Positions 29,697-40,093 of a stretch of 51,902 nucleotides of DNA are shown piece by piece (positions within the stretch are counted from its first letter, which is position 1; each line of letters opens with the position of its first letter). Below the pieces are notes generated by a model, which searched no databases, was not told the origin of the DNA, and saw nothing but the letters and a program-made list of their open reading frames with translations. Both the position numbers and the translations under genes were made by a program. The DNA lies in contig JBBDRF010000019.1 of NCBI GenBank assembly GCA_040905565.1, positions 1-51,902 on the forward strand, written 5' to 3'. The stretch comes from Phycisphaeraceae bacterium. GTDB lineage: Bacteria; Planctomycetota; Phycisphaerae; Phycisphaerales; Zrk34.

Positions 29697-31403
29697 TCAC
29701 CCCATCGCGTAGCCCACCGCCGCGGCGATGGCGATGAACGCCACGGCTGCGAGGATCAGCATCGCGTGATAGCCCAGCGTCGACTGCCACCGCACGCAGT
29801 AGTAGAAGTTCAGCACGGTCATGCCGACTTGGATCACCGCCTGCCCCACGCCGCGGACGCCTTCGCCGAGGTGCGCCAGGATCATGCCCGTGCCCTGCAC
29901 TGCTCCCCAGAGCGGGCCGCGGTAGAGGCGGTCGACGTCGCGCGTGATCAGGTCCTTGGTCTTCAGTTTGGCGCGGAGGATCCAGAAGCCGAGGGCCGTC
30001 GCGATCAGCAGCTGGAGTGAATGGATGACGTGGTCGCCGGTGTACGCGTTGTAATCGGTCTCGAACGGCAGCAGCGTGTAGAAGGTGGTCGGCAGCACGC
30101 CGATCGCGATACACACCGCCGAGGCCGAGGCCATCGCAAGCAGCATCGGCAGCGGCACGTCGCGCGTCACCGGCGTCTTCTCTTCACCGAGGAACGCGAA
30201 GTACATGATCTTCAAGCCGACCGAGAGGAACGTGCCCATCGAGGCGGTCAGCAGCGCGATCTCAACGCCGCCCCACGCGTTGTAGCCCGCTGCGGAGAAG
30301 ATGAACGCTTTGCTGATGAAGCCGCTGAAGAGCGGGGCCCCCGCGATGGAGAGTGCGCCGATCACGAAAAACACCATGGTCCACTTCAGGCGTTTGCCGA
30401 GCCCGCCGAGTTCGGTGAGCTTGGCCGTGCCGGTGGCGTAGATGATCGCCCCGACGGTCATCAGCAGCAGGCCCTTGTAGAAGATGTTGTTGATGGCGTG
30501 AAGCGTCGCGCCGTTGATGGCGGCGGCTTCGCCTTTGGAGCCGGCCAGGCCCATGCCGATCGCCGCGACCATGAAGCCGACCTGGCTGACGATGTGGTAG
30601 CTGAGCAGGCGTCGGAGGTTGTTTTCCATGATGGCGAAGACGACGCCGTAGATCGCCATGAAGCAGCCGGCGTAGACGAGCAGCTCGGTGCCGGCGAAGC
30701 TGCGGGTCAGCGCGTAGATGGAAGCTTTGGTCGTGAACGCGCTGATAAGGACCGTGCCGAACAGCGTGCCGCGTGGGTAGGAATCGGGCAGCCAGGCGTG
30801 GAGGGGGACGATGGCCGCGTTGATGGCCATGCCCGTGATCATGAGGATCCCGCCGGGCGATTCCCAGCTGATGGGGCCGGTGATCAGGTCGCCGCCTGCC
30901 GCGAGGTGGATGATGATGCCGGCCAGCAGACACATGCCGCCGGTCAGGTGCATCAGCAGATAGCGCATGCCCGCTGCGAGCGATTCGGGATCGCGGCCGA
31001 GCCAGATGGTGAACAGCGACGAAACGGTGAGCCATTCCCAGCAGAGGTAGAACGTGAGCCAGTCGCCCGCCAGCACGATGCCCAGCCCGCTGCCGCCGAG
31101 CCCCATCGCCGCTGCCTTCGCCCCGCGTGAAGTCTCCGGCCAGGCGTAAAGATTCGACACCAGCGCGAACACCACGAACGCCAGCGCGAACAGGCGTGAA
31201 AGTTGATCGAGGCGAAGCACCGCCAGGTCCAGGCCCAGCATCGGCACGCCCCACACCGCGCCCAGTTCCACGTTCAGCAGCAACACCAGCGAAACGATCG
31301 GCGCCAGCACAGCCAGCACCTGCCGACCGCGCGCGTTGACCACGGCCATGAGCGCCGTCGCCACGATGAACGGAAACACTGGATGCGTCAGCAACTCACT
31401 CAT
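29697..31403 (-). CDS. mrpD: Mrp antiporter MrpD-like subunit (third paralogue)
   Basis: WEW, PLHAWLPDSY, FTTK, RRLLSYHIVSQVG, ELGGL. Confidence 0.85.
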   Translation of the reverse strand: MSELLTHPVFPFIVATALMAVVNARGRQVLAVLAPIVSLVLLLNVELGAVWGVPMLGLDLAVLRLDQLSRLFALAFVVFALVSNLYAWPETSRGAKAAAMGLGGSGLGIVLAGDWLTFYLCWEWLTVSSLFTIWLGRDPESLAAGMRYLLMHLTGGMCLLAGIIIHLAAGGDLITGPISWESPGGILMITGMAINAAIVPLHAWLPDSYPRGTLFGTVLISAFTTKASIYALTRSFAGTELLVYAGCFMAIYGVVFAIMENNLRRLLSYHIVSQVGFMVAAIGMGLAGSKGEAAAINGATLHAINNIFYKGLLLMTVGAIIYATGTAKLTELGGLGKRLKWTMVFFVIGALSIAGAPLFSGFISKAFIFSAAGYNAWGGVEIALLTASMGTFLSVGLKIMYFAFLGEEKTPVTRDVPLPMLLAMASASAVCIAIGVLPTTFYTLLPFETDYNAYTGDHVIHSLQLLIATALGFWILRAKLKTKDLITRDVDRLYRGPLWGAVQGTGMILAHLGEGVRGVGQAVIQVGMTVLNFYYCVRWQSTLGYHAMLILAAVAFIAIAAAVGYAMG

Positions 31404-31623
31404 CCGTCTCCTCCGGAACCTGCAAGCGTGGAGCCAGCAGCGCTTTCGTCCCCCAGCCGACGACCAGGGCCGCGACAATCGCAATCAGCACGGTGTAGCC
31501 CGCCCAGTCATGCCACGGGAAGTAGGGGTGACTGTGGGGGTACACGAAAAGCTCCAGCAGCGTCAGCACCACCAGTGTTGCCAACAGCCCCAGCACCACG
31601 CGATCCTTCAGCAATGCGATCAT
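31396..31623 (-). CDS. Small 2-TM Mrp-associated protein
   Basis: Two hydrophobic helices, translationally coupled on both sides. Confidence 0.75.
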   Translation of the reverse strand: MIALLKDRVVLGLLATLVVLTLLELFVYPHSHPYFPWHDWAGYTVLIAIVAALVVGWGTKALLAPRLQVPEETDE

Positions 31624-33209
31624 CGGTTGGCCCCTTCGCTGAGATGCAACTCCTGTTCACCTTCGGGGAGAGGGGGCGAAGGCTCCTCCACGGTGCGGGT
31701 CGGTTCGGTCGGCGGATCGAAGACACCCTCGGCCACGCCGCTGGCCAGATCATATTGCACGTTCACCACCAGCGGGACGAAGCCGAAGATCACGACCAGC
31801 GCTGCCGTCGTCAGCAGCGGGATGCGGAGCGCCAGCCGGGCCTCACCGTGCTCGGGATGGTGGGCAGCCGCGGCGTGGACAACTTCATCAGGCTCATCGA
31901 AGTACGCCGTCTTCACGATCGGCAGCAGGTACAGGGCCGTGAACAGCGACGCGCCGAGCATGACGCCCATCGCGGCCATTTCGTCAGCCTGCCACGCGCC
32001 GCGCGCCAGGAAGAATTTGCTGACGAAGCCGCACATCCCGGGGATGCCCACGAGCCCCAGCGACCCGACCGTAAACGCCCCCATCGTCCACGGCATCTTG
32101 CGGCCGAGGCCCTTGAGTTGGCTTATTTCGGTCAGGTGCGCCGTCGCATAGATCGCCCCGGCACAGAAGAAGAGTGTGATTTTCGCCAGGCCGTGGTTGA
32201 CCATGTGGAAGACTGAGCCGGTGAACGCGAACGGCGAAAGCATCGCCGCCCCGAGCACGATGTACGAAAGGTGCACCACGGTCGAATAGGCCAGCCGTTT
32301 TTTGAGGTTCGATTGCTGCAGCGCGATCAGCGAGCCGATGACGATGGTCGTGGCGGTCATGATGATCACGATGCCGGGCAGGATCGAGCCGTCGAGGCTT
32401 TCGGGCCCGAACGTGAAGCCGAACACGCGCATGCAGCCGAACACGCCGGCCTTCACGACCGCCACGGCATGCAGCAGGGCGCTCACCGGTGAGGGGGCGA
32501 CCATCGCTGCGGGAAGCCAGGCATGCAACGGCATGATCGCGGCCTTCACCGCCACGCCGCCGAAGAGCAGCACGAACAGGATGGGAATCAGGCCCGGGTC
32601 CAGCTGATGCATGAAGCCGCCGGGCGCAAACTCGACCGTCCCCAGCACCGCCCACGTCCAGATCACGCCGACGGTCAGCAGCAGCCCCCCCGAGAGCGCG
32701 AAGAACAGGTAACGCCGGCCCGCCAGCATCGCTTCCCGCGTTTCTTTGTGGACCACCAGCGGATACGTCGCAAGCGTTAACGCTTCGTAGAACAGCAGAA
32801 AAGTGATCAGGTTGCTCGAGTACGCGATGCCGAGTGCTGCACCGATCGAAGCAGCGAAACAGGCGAAATAACGTCGGCAATGAGAGAGTTTGTTATCCCG
32901 CACGTAGCCGTAGGAGTACATCGTCGCCAGCACCCACAGCACCGAGGCGAGCATGCCGAACGTGATGCCGAGCGCGTCGATGCGGAAGCTGATGCCCAGG
33001 CCCGGGACGAGGTCCATCACGTGCAGCATCGGCACGTTGCCGGCCCGGAAGTCTGCGAACAGCGTCACCGTCGCCACCAGCGTGATGATCGCTGCGAGCA
33101 TGCTCCACGCTTCCGCCAGTTTGCGTGGCGAAAGCAGGATCAGCACCGCTGCCACCAACGGCGTCGACACGGCCAGAGCGATATAGATGTTCGACGCTTG
33201 TTCCATCAT
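31620..33209 (-). CDS. Mrp antiporter MrpA/MrpD-like subunit
   Basis: FYE, KAAIMPLHAWLPAAMVAPSPVSALLHAVAVVKAG, KKRLAYST. Confidence 0.87.
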   Translation of the reverse strand: MMEQASNIYIALAVSTPLVAAVLILLSPRKLAEAWSMLAAIITLVATVTLFADFRAGNVPMLHVMDLVPGLGISFRIDALGITFGMLASVLWVLATMYSYGYVRDNKLSHCRRYFACFAASIGAALGIAYSSNLITFLLFYEALTLATYPLVVHKETREAMLAGRRYLFFALSGGLLLTVGVIWTWAVLGTVEFAPGGFMHQLDPGLIPILFVLLFGGVAVKAAIMPLHAWLPAAMVAPSPVSALLHAVAVVKAGVFGCMRVFGFTFGPESLDGSILPGIVIIMTATTIVIGSLIALQQSNLKKRLAYSTVVHLSYIVLGAAMLSPFAFTGSVFHMVNHGLAKITLFFCAGAIYATAHLTEISQLKGLGRKMPWTMGAFTVGSLGLVGIPGMCGFVSKFFLARGAWQADEMAAMGVMLGASLFTALYLLPIVKTAYFDEPDEVVHAAAAHHPEHGEARLALRIPLLTTAALVVIFGFVPLVVNVQYDLASGVAEGVFDPPTEPTRTVEEPSPPLPEGEQELHLSEGANR

Positions 33210-33216
33210 GCACTCA

Positions 33217-34707
33217 TCATTCGCTCGGCATCGCGGGGATGATCACCCAGTCCACCACGCTCGCGTTGTACAGGCCCAGCACAATCAGCCCTGCTGCGAA
33301 GACCACGCTCGCGATGACCATGCCCGTCGGCCCCTCGCGCACCGGCTCCACGCCCTCAGCGAGTTCGGGTACCGGAGCGTAATACAGTTTTTCCAGGATC
33401 TTGAAAACGTAGCCGACCGTCGCGATCGAGCCGATCACTACGGCCGCCGCGATCACCCACCGCTCCGCCGCAAGCGATCCCATCAGCACGTACCACTTGC
33501 CGAAGAACCCCGCCAACGGCGGGATGCCCACCAGCGACAGCCCAGCAACCACGACGACCAGTCCGGTCCACGGCGCCTGCCCACGCAGCTTGGGAAGGTC
33601 CTCCACGTTCCGCACGCCGAACCGCAGCAGGGCCACGCCGGCGAACAGGAACAGGGCTCCCTTCATCAGCGCATCGTTGGCGATGTGTAGGAAGCTGCCG
33701 ATCATCCCCTGCGCGTTGGCCAGGCCGACCCCCACCGCCACCAGACCGACCTGCGAGACACTCGAGTACGCCAGCAGCCGGCGGATATCGGTTTGGATGA
33801 ACGCCATCACACCGCCGAGCATGACCGCCGCTGCACCGGCCCAGAGGACGACTTCGAGAATGAAGCGATCGTCGATCAGGTACGCCGCTCCGAACACCCA
33901 GAACATCACGCGGATCAGCGCGTACGCTGCGACTTTCGTCATCAACGGCGCCATCAGGGCGGACGCGGCAATCGGGGCGCGGGAGTAGGCGGCGGGCATC
34001 CAGCCATGCAGCGGAAACAGGCCCATCTTCACGCCCAGCCCCACCAGGATCAGTACGCTGCCGACCAGCACCAGCCGAGGCTCGGGCCACCCTTCCGCCA
34101 GCCGGGCCGAGACGTCCGCCATGTTCAGCGAACCCGTCGCCGCATACAGAAACCCGACGCCCAGCAGATAAAGCGAAGCGCCAAGACTACCAATGATCAG
34201 GTAACGCAGCGCCGCCCTCGGCGCGCCTCGGCCGCCAGCTGCAACGAGGGCATAGGAGCTGATCGCAGCCACTTCGATATGCACGAAAAGGTTGAACAGA
34301 TCGCCCGCGACCACGATGCCCATCATCCCCGCGATCAACAGCATCGCCATCGCATAGAACAGCGTCTGGCGGCCGGGCAGCTCCGCACGCACGCTCGGCC
34401 CGGTGCCCCAAAGCACCAGCAGTGACGTGATCGCAACCAGCATCGCCACGACCGCTGAGAGCGGATCCAGCACCACCTCAATGCCCAGCGGCGGCATCCA
34501 TCCGGCCATTGCCGTGTGGTGCCGCTGGCCCGGCGAAGCGAGTACCGTCACCAATGCGTACACCGAAAGCAGCGACACGCCTGCCAGTGAGATCAGCGTG
34601 ATGATGCGGGCTGAGCCGCGCGCGTACCAGCCGACACAGGTGATGATCAGTGCTGCAGCGAAGGGCACAAGGAACAGCGAAATGGGCAGATTACTGGCGG
34701 TACTCAT
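33217..34707 (-). CDS. mrpD: Mrp antiporter subunit D
   Basis: GDLFNLFVHIEV, KMGLFPLHGWMP, RRLLAYSSVSQ, GIPPLAGFFGKW. Confidence 0.9.
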   Translation of the reverse strand: MSTASNLPISLFLVPFAAALIITCVGWYARGSARIITLISLAGVSLLSVYALVTVLASPGQRHHTAMAGWMPPLGIEVVLDPLSAVVAMLVAITSLLVLWGTGPSVRAELPGRQTLFYAMAMLLIAGMMGIVVAGDLFNLFVHIEVAAISSYALVAAGGRGAPRAALRYLIIGSLGASLYLLGVGFLYAATGSLNMADVSARLAEGWPEPRLVLVGSVLILVGLGVKMGLFPLHGWMPAAYSRAPIAASALMAPLMTKVAAYALIRVMFWVFGAAYLIDDRFILEVVLWAGAAAVMLGGVMAFIQTDIRRLLAYSSVSQVGLVAVGVGLANAQGMIGSFLHIANDALMKGALFLFAGVALLRFGVRNVEDLPKLRGQAPWTGLVVVVAGLSLVGIPPLAGFFGKWYVLMGSLAAERWVIAAAVVIGSIATVGYVFKILEKLYYAPVPELAEGVEPVREGPTGMVIASVVFAAGLIVLGLYNASVVDWVIIPAMPSE

Positions 34708-34710
34708 CGG

Positions 34711-35073
34711 TTAATCGGGTTCTCCGGGATCGAACACGCGGTCTTCGATGGTGCCCGCGTCGTCGTGGATCCGCCGAAGGATCGCCAGCGCCACGCCCAG
34801 CGTCGCCACACCGACCACGATGGCTGTCAGCATCAGCGCGTGCGGCAGCGGGTTCATCAGCGGCTCCTCCACCCCCTCTTCCACGATGGGGATGGTGCCG
34901 TTCGCCTGCGTCGCCAGCAGAATAAACAGAAGGATGATGCCGGTCTGAAACAGGTACAGCCCGACAATCGCCTTGACAAAGTTGCGGTGTGAAAGCAGCA
35001 CATAGGTGCCCAGCACAAGCAGGAACACGAACAGAAGATACGGGCCGCGCTCGGCGAGATACTGCGTGATCAT
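34711..35073 (-). CDS. mrpC: Mrp antiporter subunit C
   Basis: NPLPHALMLTAIVVG. Confidence 0.92.
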   Translation of the reverse strand: MITQYLAERGPYLLFVFLLVLGTYVLLSHRNFVKAIVGLYLFQTGIILLFILLATQANGTIPIVEEGVEEPLMNPLPHALMLTAIVVGVATLGVALAILRRIHDDAGTIEDRVFDPGEPD

Positions 35074-35540
35074 CGCGGTTCCTCCGTCGCTGGCTTGGAA
35101 TCCGTTTCGACGTTCACCTCTTCATAGAGGATGTAGAAGATGGAGACGACGGACCCGGCGACCGCCATGGTCACGCCGATTTCGATGCCGAGGATCGAGA
35201 GCGATCGGCGGTACGCGGGGTAATCACTGAGGGGCACGGCGGCGTAATCCAGCACCGGCTGACCGGCCAGCGGGCCGAAGAGCCCGAACGCGAGGAACAC
35301 CAGCACGCCGCCCGCAGCCATGACGATCGCCGCGCGCTGGCTGAGGACGAAGAACCCGCTGCGCCGGCCCTGCACCAGCAACGGCAGGACGATCGACGCA
35401 CCGAACAGCACGCCGCCCTGGAACCCGCCGCCGGGGCTGTAGTGGCCGTGGACCACCACGTAGAGCGCGAAGATCTGCAAGGCCGCCACCATCGGGCCCA
35501 ACAGCGTCCGCATCATCACGCTTTCAAAGGGTTGGATCAT
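35070..35540 (-). CDS. mrpB: Mrp antiporter subunit B
   Basis: HGHYSPGGGFQGG. Confidence 0.92.
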   Translation of the reverse strand: MIQPFESVMMRTLLGPMVAALQIFALYVVVHGHYSPGGGFQGGVLFGASIVLPLLVQGRRSGFFVLSQRAAIVMAAGGVLVFLAFGLFGPLAGQPVLDYAAVPLSDYPAYRRSLSILGIEIGVTMAVAGSVVSIFYILYEEVNVETDSKPATEEPR

Positions 35541-36063
35541 TGTTCCGACTCATCACCAGCAGGCAGGCAAGGGCCGCGGTGACAACCACCGCCGCTTCGA
35601 TCAGGGTGTCCAGACTTCGATAATCAGCAAGTACCGCGGTCACCACGTTTGGCGTGGCCATGTCTTCCACGGAGTTGGCGATGTAGTACGGCGCGATATG
35701 CTCGGAGGCCGGCGAGTCGGTCGCGCCGAACGGCGGCAATGCGTGAACGCCGTACAGCAGCACCGCCCCGAGCGCCAGCGCCACCACCCCCGCCGCAACG
35801 CGCCGCGCCAGCACACCGCGTGTCAGTTCGTTCGGATCCACATGCCACAGCAGCGCCATCAGGAAGACCGTCGAAACGCCCGTCCCCACGACCGCTTCGG
35901 TAAACGCCACATCCACCGCGCCGAACACGGCGAAAAGCACCGCCAGCAGCAGGCTGTAGATCGCCATCAGCACGACCAGCGCGAACAGGTCCTTCACGCG
36001 GACCATGTAAATGGCGCTGATCGCAATGAGCAGACTGACGATGGCGATGATGGAAAGGCTCAT
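35524..36063 (-). CDS. Mrp subunit corresponding to the MrpA C-terminal part (DUF4040 + MbhE-like)
   Basis: AVDVAFTEAVVG; NVVTAVLADYRSLDTLIEA. Confidence 0.87.
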   Translation of the reverse strand: MSLSIIAIVSLLIAISAIYMVRVKDLFALVVLMAIYSLLLAVLFAVFGAVDVAFTEAVVGTGVSTVFLMALLWHVDPNELTRGVLARRVAAGVVALALGAVLLYGVHALPPFGATDSPASEHIAPYYIANSVEDMATPNVVTAVLADYRSLDTLIEAAVVVTAALACLLVMSRNNDPTL

Positions 36064-36461
36064 GCGTCCCCCCCGCTCGGAGGCGCGGTGGCCGTCGCCT
36101 GCAGGCGTGAATCGTCTTCCAGTTCACGTTCGTAATGACGCGCCCTCGCAGCGTCCGTCTGGTCCTTGAACGTCTTCGGCTGATAGCCCGCCACAACGGC
36201 TGCCCGCGCCAGCAGATGCCCCACCAGCGGCGAAGTTACGTAAAGGAAGAGGATCGCCAGCAGCAGTTTCCCGCTCGCCAGCGAAACCCCCAGATACAAC
36301 GCCGCCGCCAGAAGCAGCAACGGCGCGCCGAGCGTATCGATCACGCCGCTGATATGCAGACGGCAGAAGACGTCCGGCAGCCGCACGAATCCAATTGCCG
36401 CCACGGTAAGGAAGAAAACACCCACCACCAGCAGCGCAATCACCAGAATGCTGAGGATCAT
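36060..36461 (-). CDS. mrpG: Mrp antiporter subunit G
   Basis: RLPDVFCRLH...DTLG...TSPLVGHLLARAA. Confidence 0.9.
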   Translation of the reverse strand: MILSILVIALLVVGVFFLTVAAIGFVRLPDVFCRLHISGVIDTLGAPLLLLAAALYLGVSLASGKLLLAILFLYVTSPLVGHLLARAAVVAGYQPKTFKDQTDAARARHYERELEDDSRLQATATAPPSGGDA

Positions 36462-36754
36462 GATGCGCCCTCCTGTGGGATGGACGACGCTTTGCGCCGC
36501 ATGTACTTGGCCACCAGCAGCGTCGTGAACAGATTTAATAGAAACAGCGCCAACGCCAGATCAATGAACATGTCCGCACGCTGAAACAGCAGCCCGATCA
36601 GCACAAGCAGCACGGGCACCTTGGTCCCGATGCCGTTGAGCGCCTGCACGCGATCAAAAACCGTCGGCCCTTGCGCGATCCGCCAGACATAAGGCAGCAG
36701 CAGCAAAAGCACCGCGATGATCGCCAACAGAAAAGCCGTCTCCATCAGTTCCAT
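36458..36754 (-). CDS. mrpF: Mrp antiporter subunit F
   Basis: RIAQGPTVFDRV...IDLAL. Confidence 0.9.
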   Translation of the reverse strand: MELMETAFLLAIIAVLLLLLPYVWRIAQGPTVFDRVQALNGIGTKVPVLLVLIGLLFQRADMFIDLALALFLLNLFTTLLVAKYMRRKASSIPQEGAS

Positions 36755-37302
36755 TACCTGGCCCCCCTACCGTCGGCATCGGCGGCCCCGCCGGGCAGCT
36801 CGCCGAACACCTGCGCCACCCGTTTGGCCATCACGTCCTGCTCGATGTCCTGCGCCGAAAGATCATCCAAAGCGTGGACCAGATACCGTCCCGGCTCGAT
36901 CTCCACCGTCAGCGTGCCCGGCGTCAGCGTCACGGCGCAACCGAGCACCGTCAGCGCCCGATCCGAATGCACCAGCGGATCACGCTCAATGAACGAGGGC
37001 TGAATCTTCGGCTGCGGCGAGATCGCCACCTTCGAAACCCGCAAATTCGAAATCGCCACCTGCCAGAGATGCCAAGGCACGAACGCGAAAAAACGCAGGA
37101 ACGGGAACGGCTTGCCCTGACGCGTCCGCATGAACGACGCCGTCAGCAACAGCGAGCCCACGACGCCAAGGCCCAGATGCAGCAGGTCGAATTTCCCTGA
37201 AAGCAGGACCCAGATCGCAATCAGCGTCCCCGCCGTCTGAAGGAACCAGACGAACGTGCCGACCTTCTTCGGCTCAGCCTGATTTTGTGAGGGTTGATTC
37301 AT
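36754..37302 (-). CDS. mrpE: Mrp antiporter subunit E
   Basis: ISNLRV...VTLTPGTLTV...LVHALD. Confidence 0.9.
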   Translation of the reverse strand: MNQPSQNQAEPKKVGTFVWFLQTAGTLIAIWVLLSGKFDLLHLGLGVVGSLLLTASFMRTRQGKPFPFLRFFAFVPWHLWQVAISNLRVSKVAISPQPKIQPSFIERDPLVHSDRALTVLGCAVTLTPGTLTVEIEPGRYLVHALDDLSAQDIEQDVMAKRVAQVFGELPGGAADADGRGAR

Positions 37303-37501
37303 CGAGAGCTCTGCCGCGTGCCGTCGCTAATCTGCTGCAAGGGTGGTTCAGCCGTGGTCCGGCGGGACGGGGAGCGCGGCAACGCAGCTTGTTCCAGTTA
37401 CGCCATTTGTCGGCTGACAGGCCCATCTTGCTGCAGTATCTTTGCGTGGCCTTCGGCCCCAGCCCCTCATCGGGCGATCCCCTCTCGCCGCCGTCCGATC
37501 A

Positions 37502-37903
37502 TCAGTCGAAACGGAAGACGCCCTTCCGGTAGGCGTAGATGTACGCCACGATGCTCGTCGCGATGAAGAACAACATCCGGAAGTAGAACTGTGGGCCGAG
37601 GTAGTGCTCGTAGCCGAGCGTCGGGAAAACCGTCGCCCAGGGAAACAGGAAGACGATCTCGACGTCGAAAATCAGGAACGTCATCGCCAGCACGTAGAAG
37701 CGGATATTAAACCGCTTGCGGGCGGTGTGGATCGGATCCATGCCTGATTCGTAGGTGGTCTCCTTCACGCGGCCGGTGTGCGAAGGGCCCAGAATCGTCG
37801 TCGCCCCGAGGTTGACCAGGCCGAAAACGATCGCAATGAGCACCAGAATGCCCAACGGCAGGTAGGCCTCAAGACCGGACGCAATGACTGGTTGAATCAT
37901 CAT
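37502..37903 (-). CDS. nuoA: NADH-quinone oxidoreductase subunit A
   Basis: KETTYESGM, RFYVLAMTFLIFDVEIVFLFPWA. Confidence 0.93.
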   Translation of the reverse strand: MMIQPVIASGLEAYLPLGILVLIAIVFGLVNLGATTILGPSHTGRVKETTYESGMDPIHTARKRFNIRFYVLAMTFLIFDVEIVFLFPWATVFPTLGYEHYLGPQFYFRMLFFIATSIVAYIYAYRKGVFRFD

Positions 37904-37967
37904 GATGCTCACATCGTACCTTTTTTCACAGGGGAGGCAAATCGCCCCGCGCGCCGCCGCCGCCGCC

Positions 37968-38077
37968 GTGAGCGGGCGATCGCAGATCGCCGTTTCCCGC
38001 CCACCACCACCGCCCCCCAACACACACGCCCATGATCATGCCGAGAATGCATCGGCGATCTGCGATCGCTCGCTCAC
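37968..38077. repeat. Family D REP doublet (REPIN)
   Basis: gtgagcgggcgatcgcagatcgccg at 37968-37992 and inverted copy at 38053-38077 (24/25). Confidence 0.78.
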
Positions 38078-38181
38078 TTGGGGCGCAGCGTCGATCCACA
38101 GGTGCAACACACGGCACGATACTTTACGATGTCCGCCGGTTTGATTTTTCTAAGCGTCCCCCTTTTCTGAGAGTTCCCATC

Positions 38182-38934
38182 ATGAGCACCCGACTTGACG
38201 GACGTGTGGCCCTGGTCACCGGCGGTTCCCGAGGCCTCGGCGAAGCGGTCGCCGACAAGCTTGGCGAGAACGGTGCGACTGTGGCCGTGAATTATGTCGC
38301 CAACGTCGATCGCGCCCAGGCCGTCGTCGAGCACATCCGGGGCCGAGGCGGCACGGCCGTCGCTTTCCAGGCCGATATCCGCGACGAGCAGCAGATCAAC
38401 CAGATGGTCGCCGACATCGAACACAACCTCGGCGCCATCGATATCCTCGTCCCCAACGCCACAGGCCCTCAGCCGTTCATCGGCATCGAAGAGATGACCT
38501 GGCAGGACTGCATGGATCAGCTGGAATTCTTCGTCAAAAGCCCGCTTCTGCTCGCCAAGGCCGTCGTGCCCGGCATGAAGAAACGCAAGTACGGCCGCAT
38601 CGTCAACATCGGCTCGGAGGTGTTCGACAAGGGCGTCCCGCGCTTCGCCAATTACGTCTCGGCCAAGGGCGCGCAGCTGGGGCTGACACGCTCATGGGCG
38701 ATGGAACTGGCCTCGTCGCAGATCACCGTCAATCAGGTCTCGCCCGGCTGGATTCCGACCGACCGCCACGCCGACGACGCGCAGGAGAAGAAGGACGCCT
38801 ACGCCGCGAGCGTCCCCCTCGGGCACATGGGCAAGCCGATGGACGTCGGCGAAGCCGTCGCCTTCTTCGCCTCCGATGCCGCTAAGTTCATCACCGGACA
38901 GAACCTGTCCGTCAACGGCGGCAACTCCTGGTGA
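38182..38934 (+). CDS. SDR-family oxidoreductase (FabG-like)
   Basis: TGGSRGLG, GRIVNIGS, YVSAK (YxxxK). Confidence 0.9.
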   Translation: MSTRLDGRVALVTGGSRGLGEAVADKLGENGATVAVNYVANVDRAQAVVEHIRGRGGTAVAFQADIRDEQQINQMVADIEHNLGAIDILVPNATGPQPFIGIEEMTWQDCMDQLEFFVKSPLLLAKAVVPGMKKRKYGRIVNIGSEVFDKGVPRFANYVSAKGAQLGLTRSWAMELASSQITVNQVSPGWIPTDRHADDAQEKKDAYAASVPLGHMGKPMDVGEAVAFFASDAAKFITGQNLSVNGGNSW

Positions 38935-39064
38935 TAGTGCGGTTACTCGAAATCGTTGGCCCCGCCGCCCTATAGGTTCTATAATAGGTTTGATGTGCGG
39001 GCAATCCGCATATAGCTCCCTCCTGCTCAATCGCCTGACGGCGAACCTTTTAAGAGGCAAGCTT

Positions 39065-40030
39065 ATGACTCGCGTGATCCTATCGATGCTGGGGATGGCG
39101 TTGTGGCTTTCCGCAGCCTCGCCTGTGATGGCCGATGCACTAGCCGCCGGCGGGGCAGAGGCCACCGCCGAAACCTCATTCCTCCAGCGCCTCTGGGTTT
39201 TCGTCGGCGTCTTCCACCCGATGGTCGTCCACTTCCCCATCGCGCTGCTGACGCTGGCAGCCATCATCGAGATCGGCCGGGCCACAAAACTCCTGAATAT
39301 CTCCCGCGATGCGACCTGGATCTGCCTGCTGCTCGGTGCCGCCACCGCCATCGCCGCCGCCACGCTCGGCTGGGCCAACGCCAGCGACATGGGCGAGACC
39401 GAAACCCTCTCCCGCCACCGCTGGATCGGCATCTCCGTCACCGTCCTCGCCGTCGGGCTCGCAGGCTTCACCACCTGGCAGCGGTACCGCCCGCAACTCA
39501 CCCCGGGCCGCATCTACCTCGCCGCGATGGCCCTGCTCGCCGCCGGCGTCGGCTTCACCGGCCACCTCGGCGGCCAGCTGGTCTACGGCGACGACTTCAT
39601 CGAACGCGCCTGGGCCAACGTCGTCGAAGACCCCGCAACACGCCGGGTCACCAAGCCGACCGTCACCGCCAATATCGCCATGCCGAACCTCGACGATCCC
39701 GACGCTCCCGTCGATTTCACCGAGCACGTCTGGCCCATCCTCCAGGCCAAGTGCATCGAATGCCACGGCCCCGAAAACAGCGAAGGCCGACTCCGTCTGG
39801 ACAGCGAAGCGCACGCCCTCAAAGGCGGCCGCGGCGGCCCCGCCTACGAGCCCGGCAATCCGCCCTTCAGCTTGATGATCGAACTGATCGACTCGCCGTT
39901 CGAGAACGACCGCATGCCGCCGCTCGATGAGGAGAACCCCGTCACGCCCGACGAACTCCGCATCCTCGAACGCTGGATCGAACAGGGCGCCGAATGGAAC
40001 CTCCCGACCAGCGAGCCCGCCACGCCCTGA
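39065..40030 (+). CDS. DUF2231-type membrane domain fused to a planctomycete cytochrome c domain
   Basis: FHPMVVHFPIAL, HRW, GHLGG; VDFTEHVWPILQAKCIECHG (CxxCH), RMPP, WIEQGA. Confidence 0.85.
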   Translation: MTRVILSMLGMALWLSAASPVMADALAAGGAEATAETSFLQRLWVFVGVFHPMVVHFPIALLTLAAIIEIGRATKLLNISRDATWICLLLGAATAIAAATLGWANASDMGETETLSRHRWIGISVTVLAVGLAGFTTWQRYRPQLTPGRIYLAAMALLAAGVGFTGHLGGQLVYGDDFIERAWANVVEDPATRRVTKPTVTANIAMPNLDDPDAPVDFTEHVWPILQAKCIECHGPENSEGRLRLDSEAHALKGGRGGPAYEPGNPPFSLMIELIDSPFENDRMPPLDEENPVTPDELRILERWIEQGAEWNLPTSEPATP

Positions 40031-40093
40031 CACTCCTGCCCCTCTGCCCCCGAGAGAAACTGGGTGAGGGGCGGGGACGCCAAGGGTAACAAG

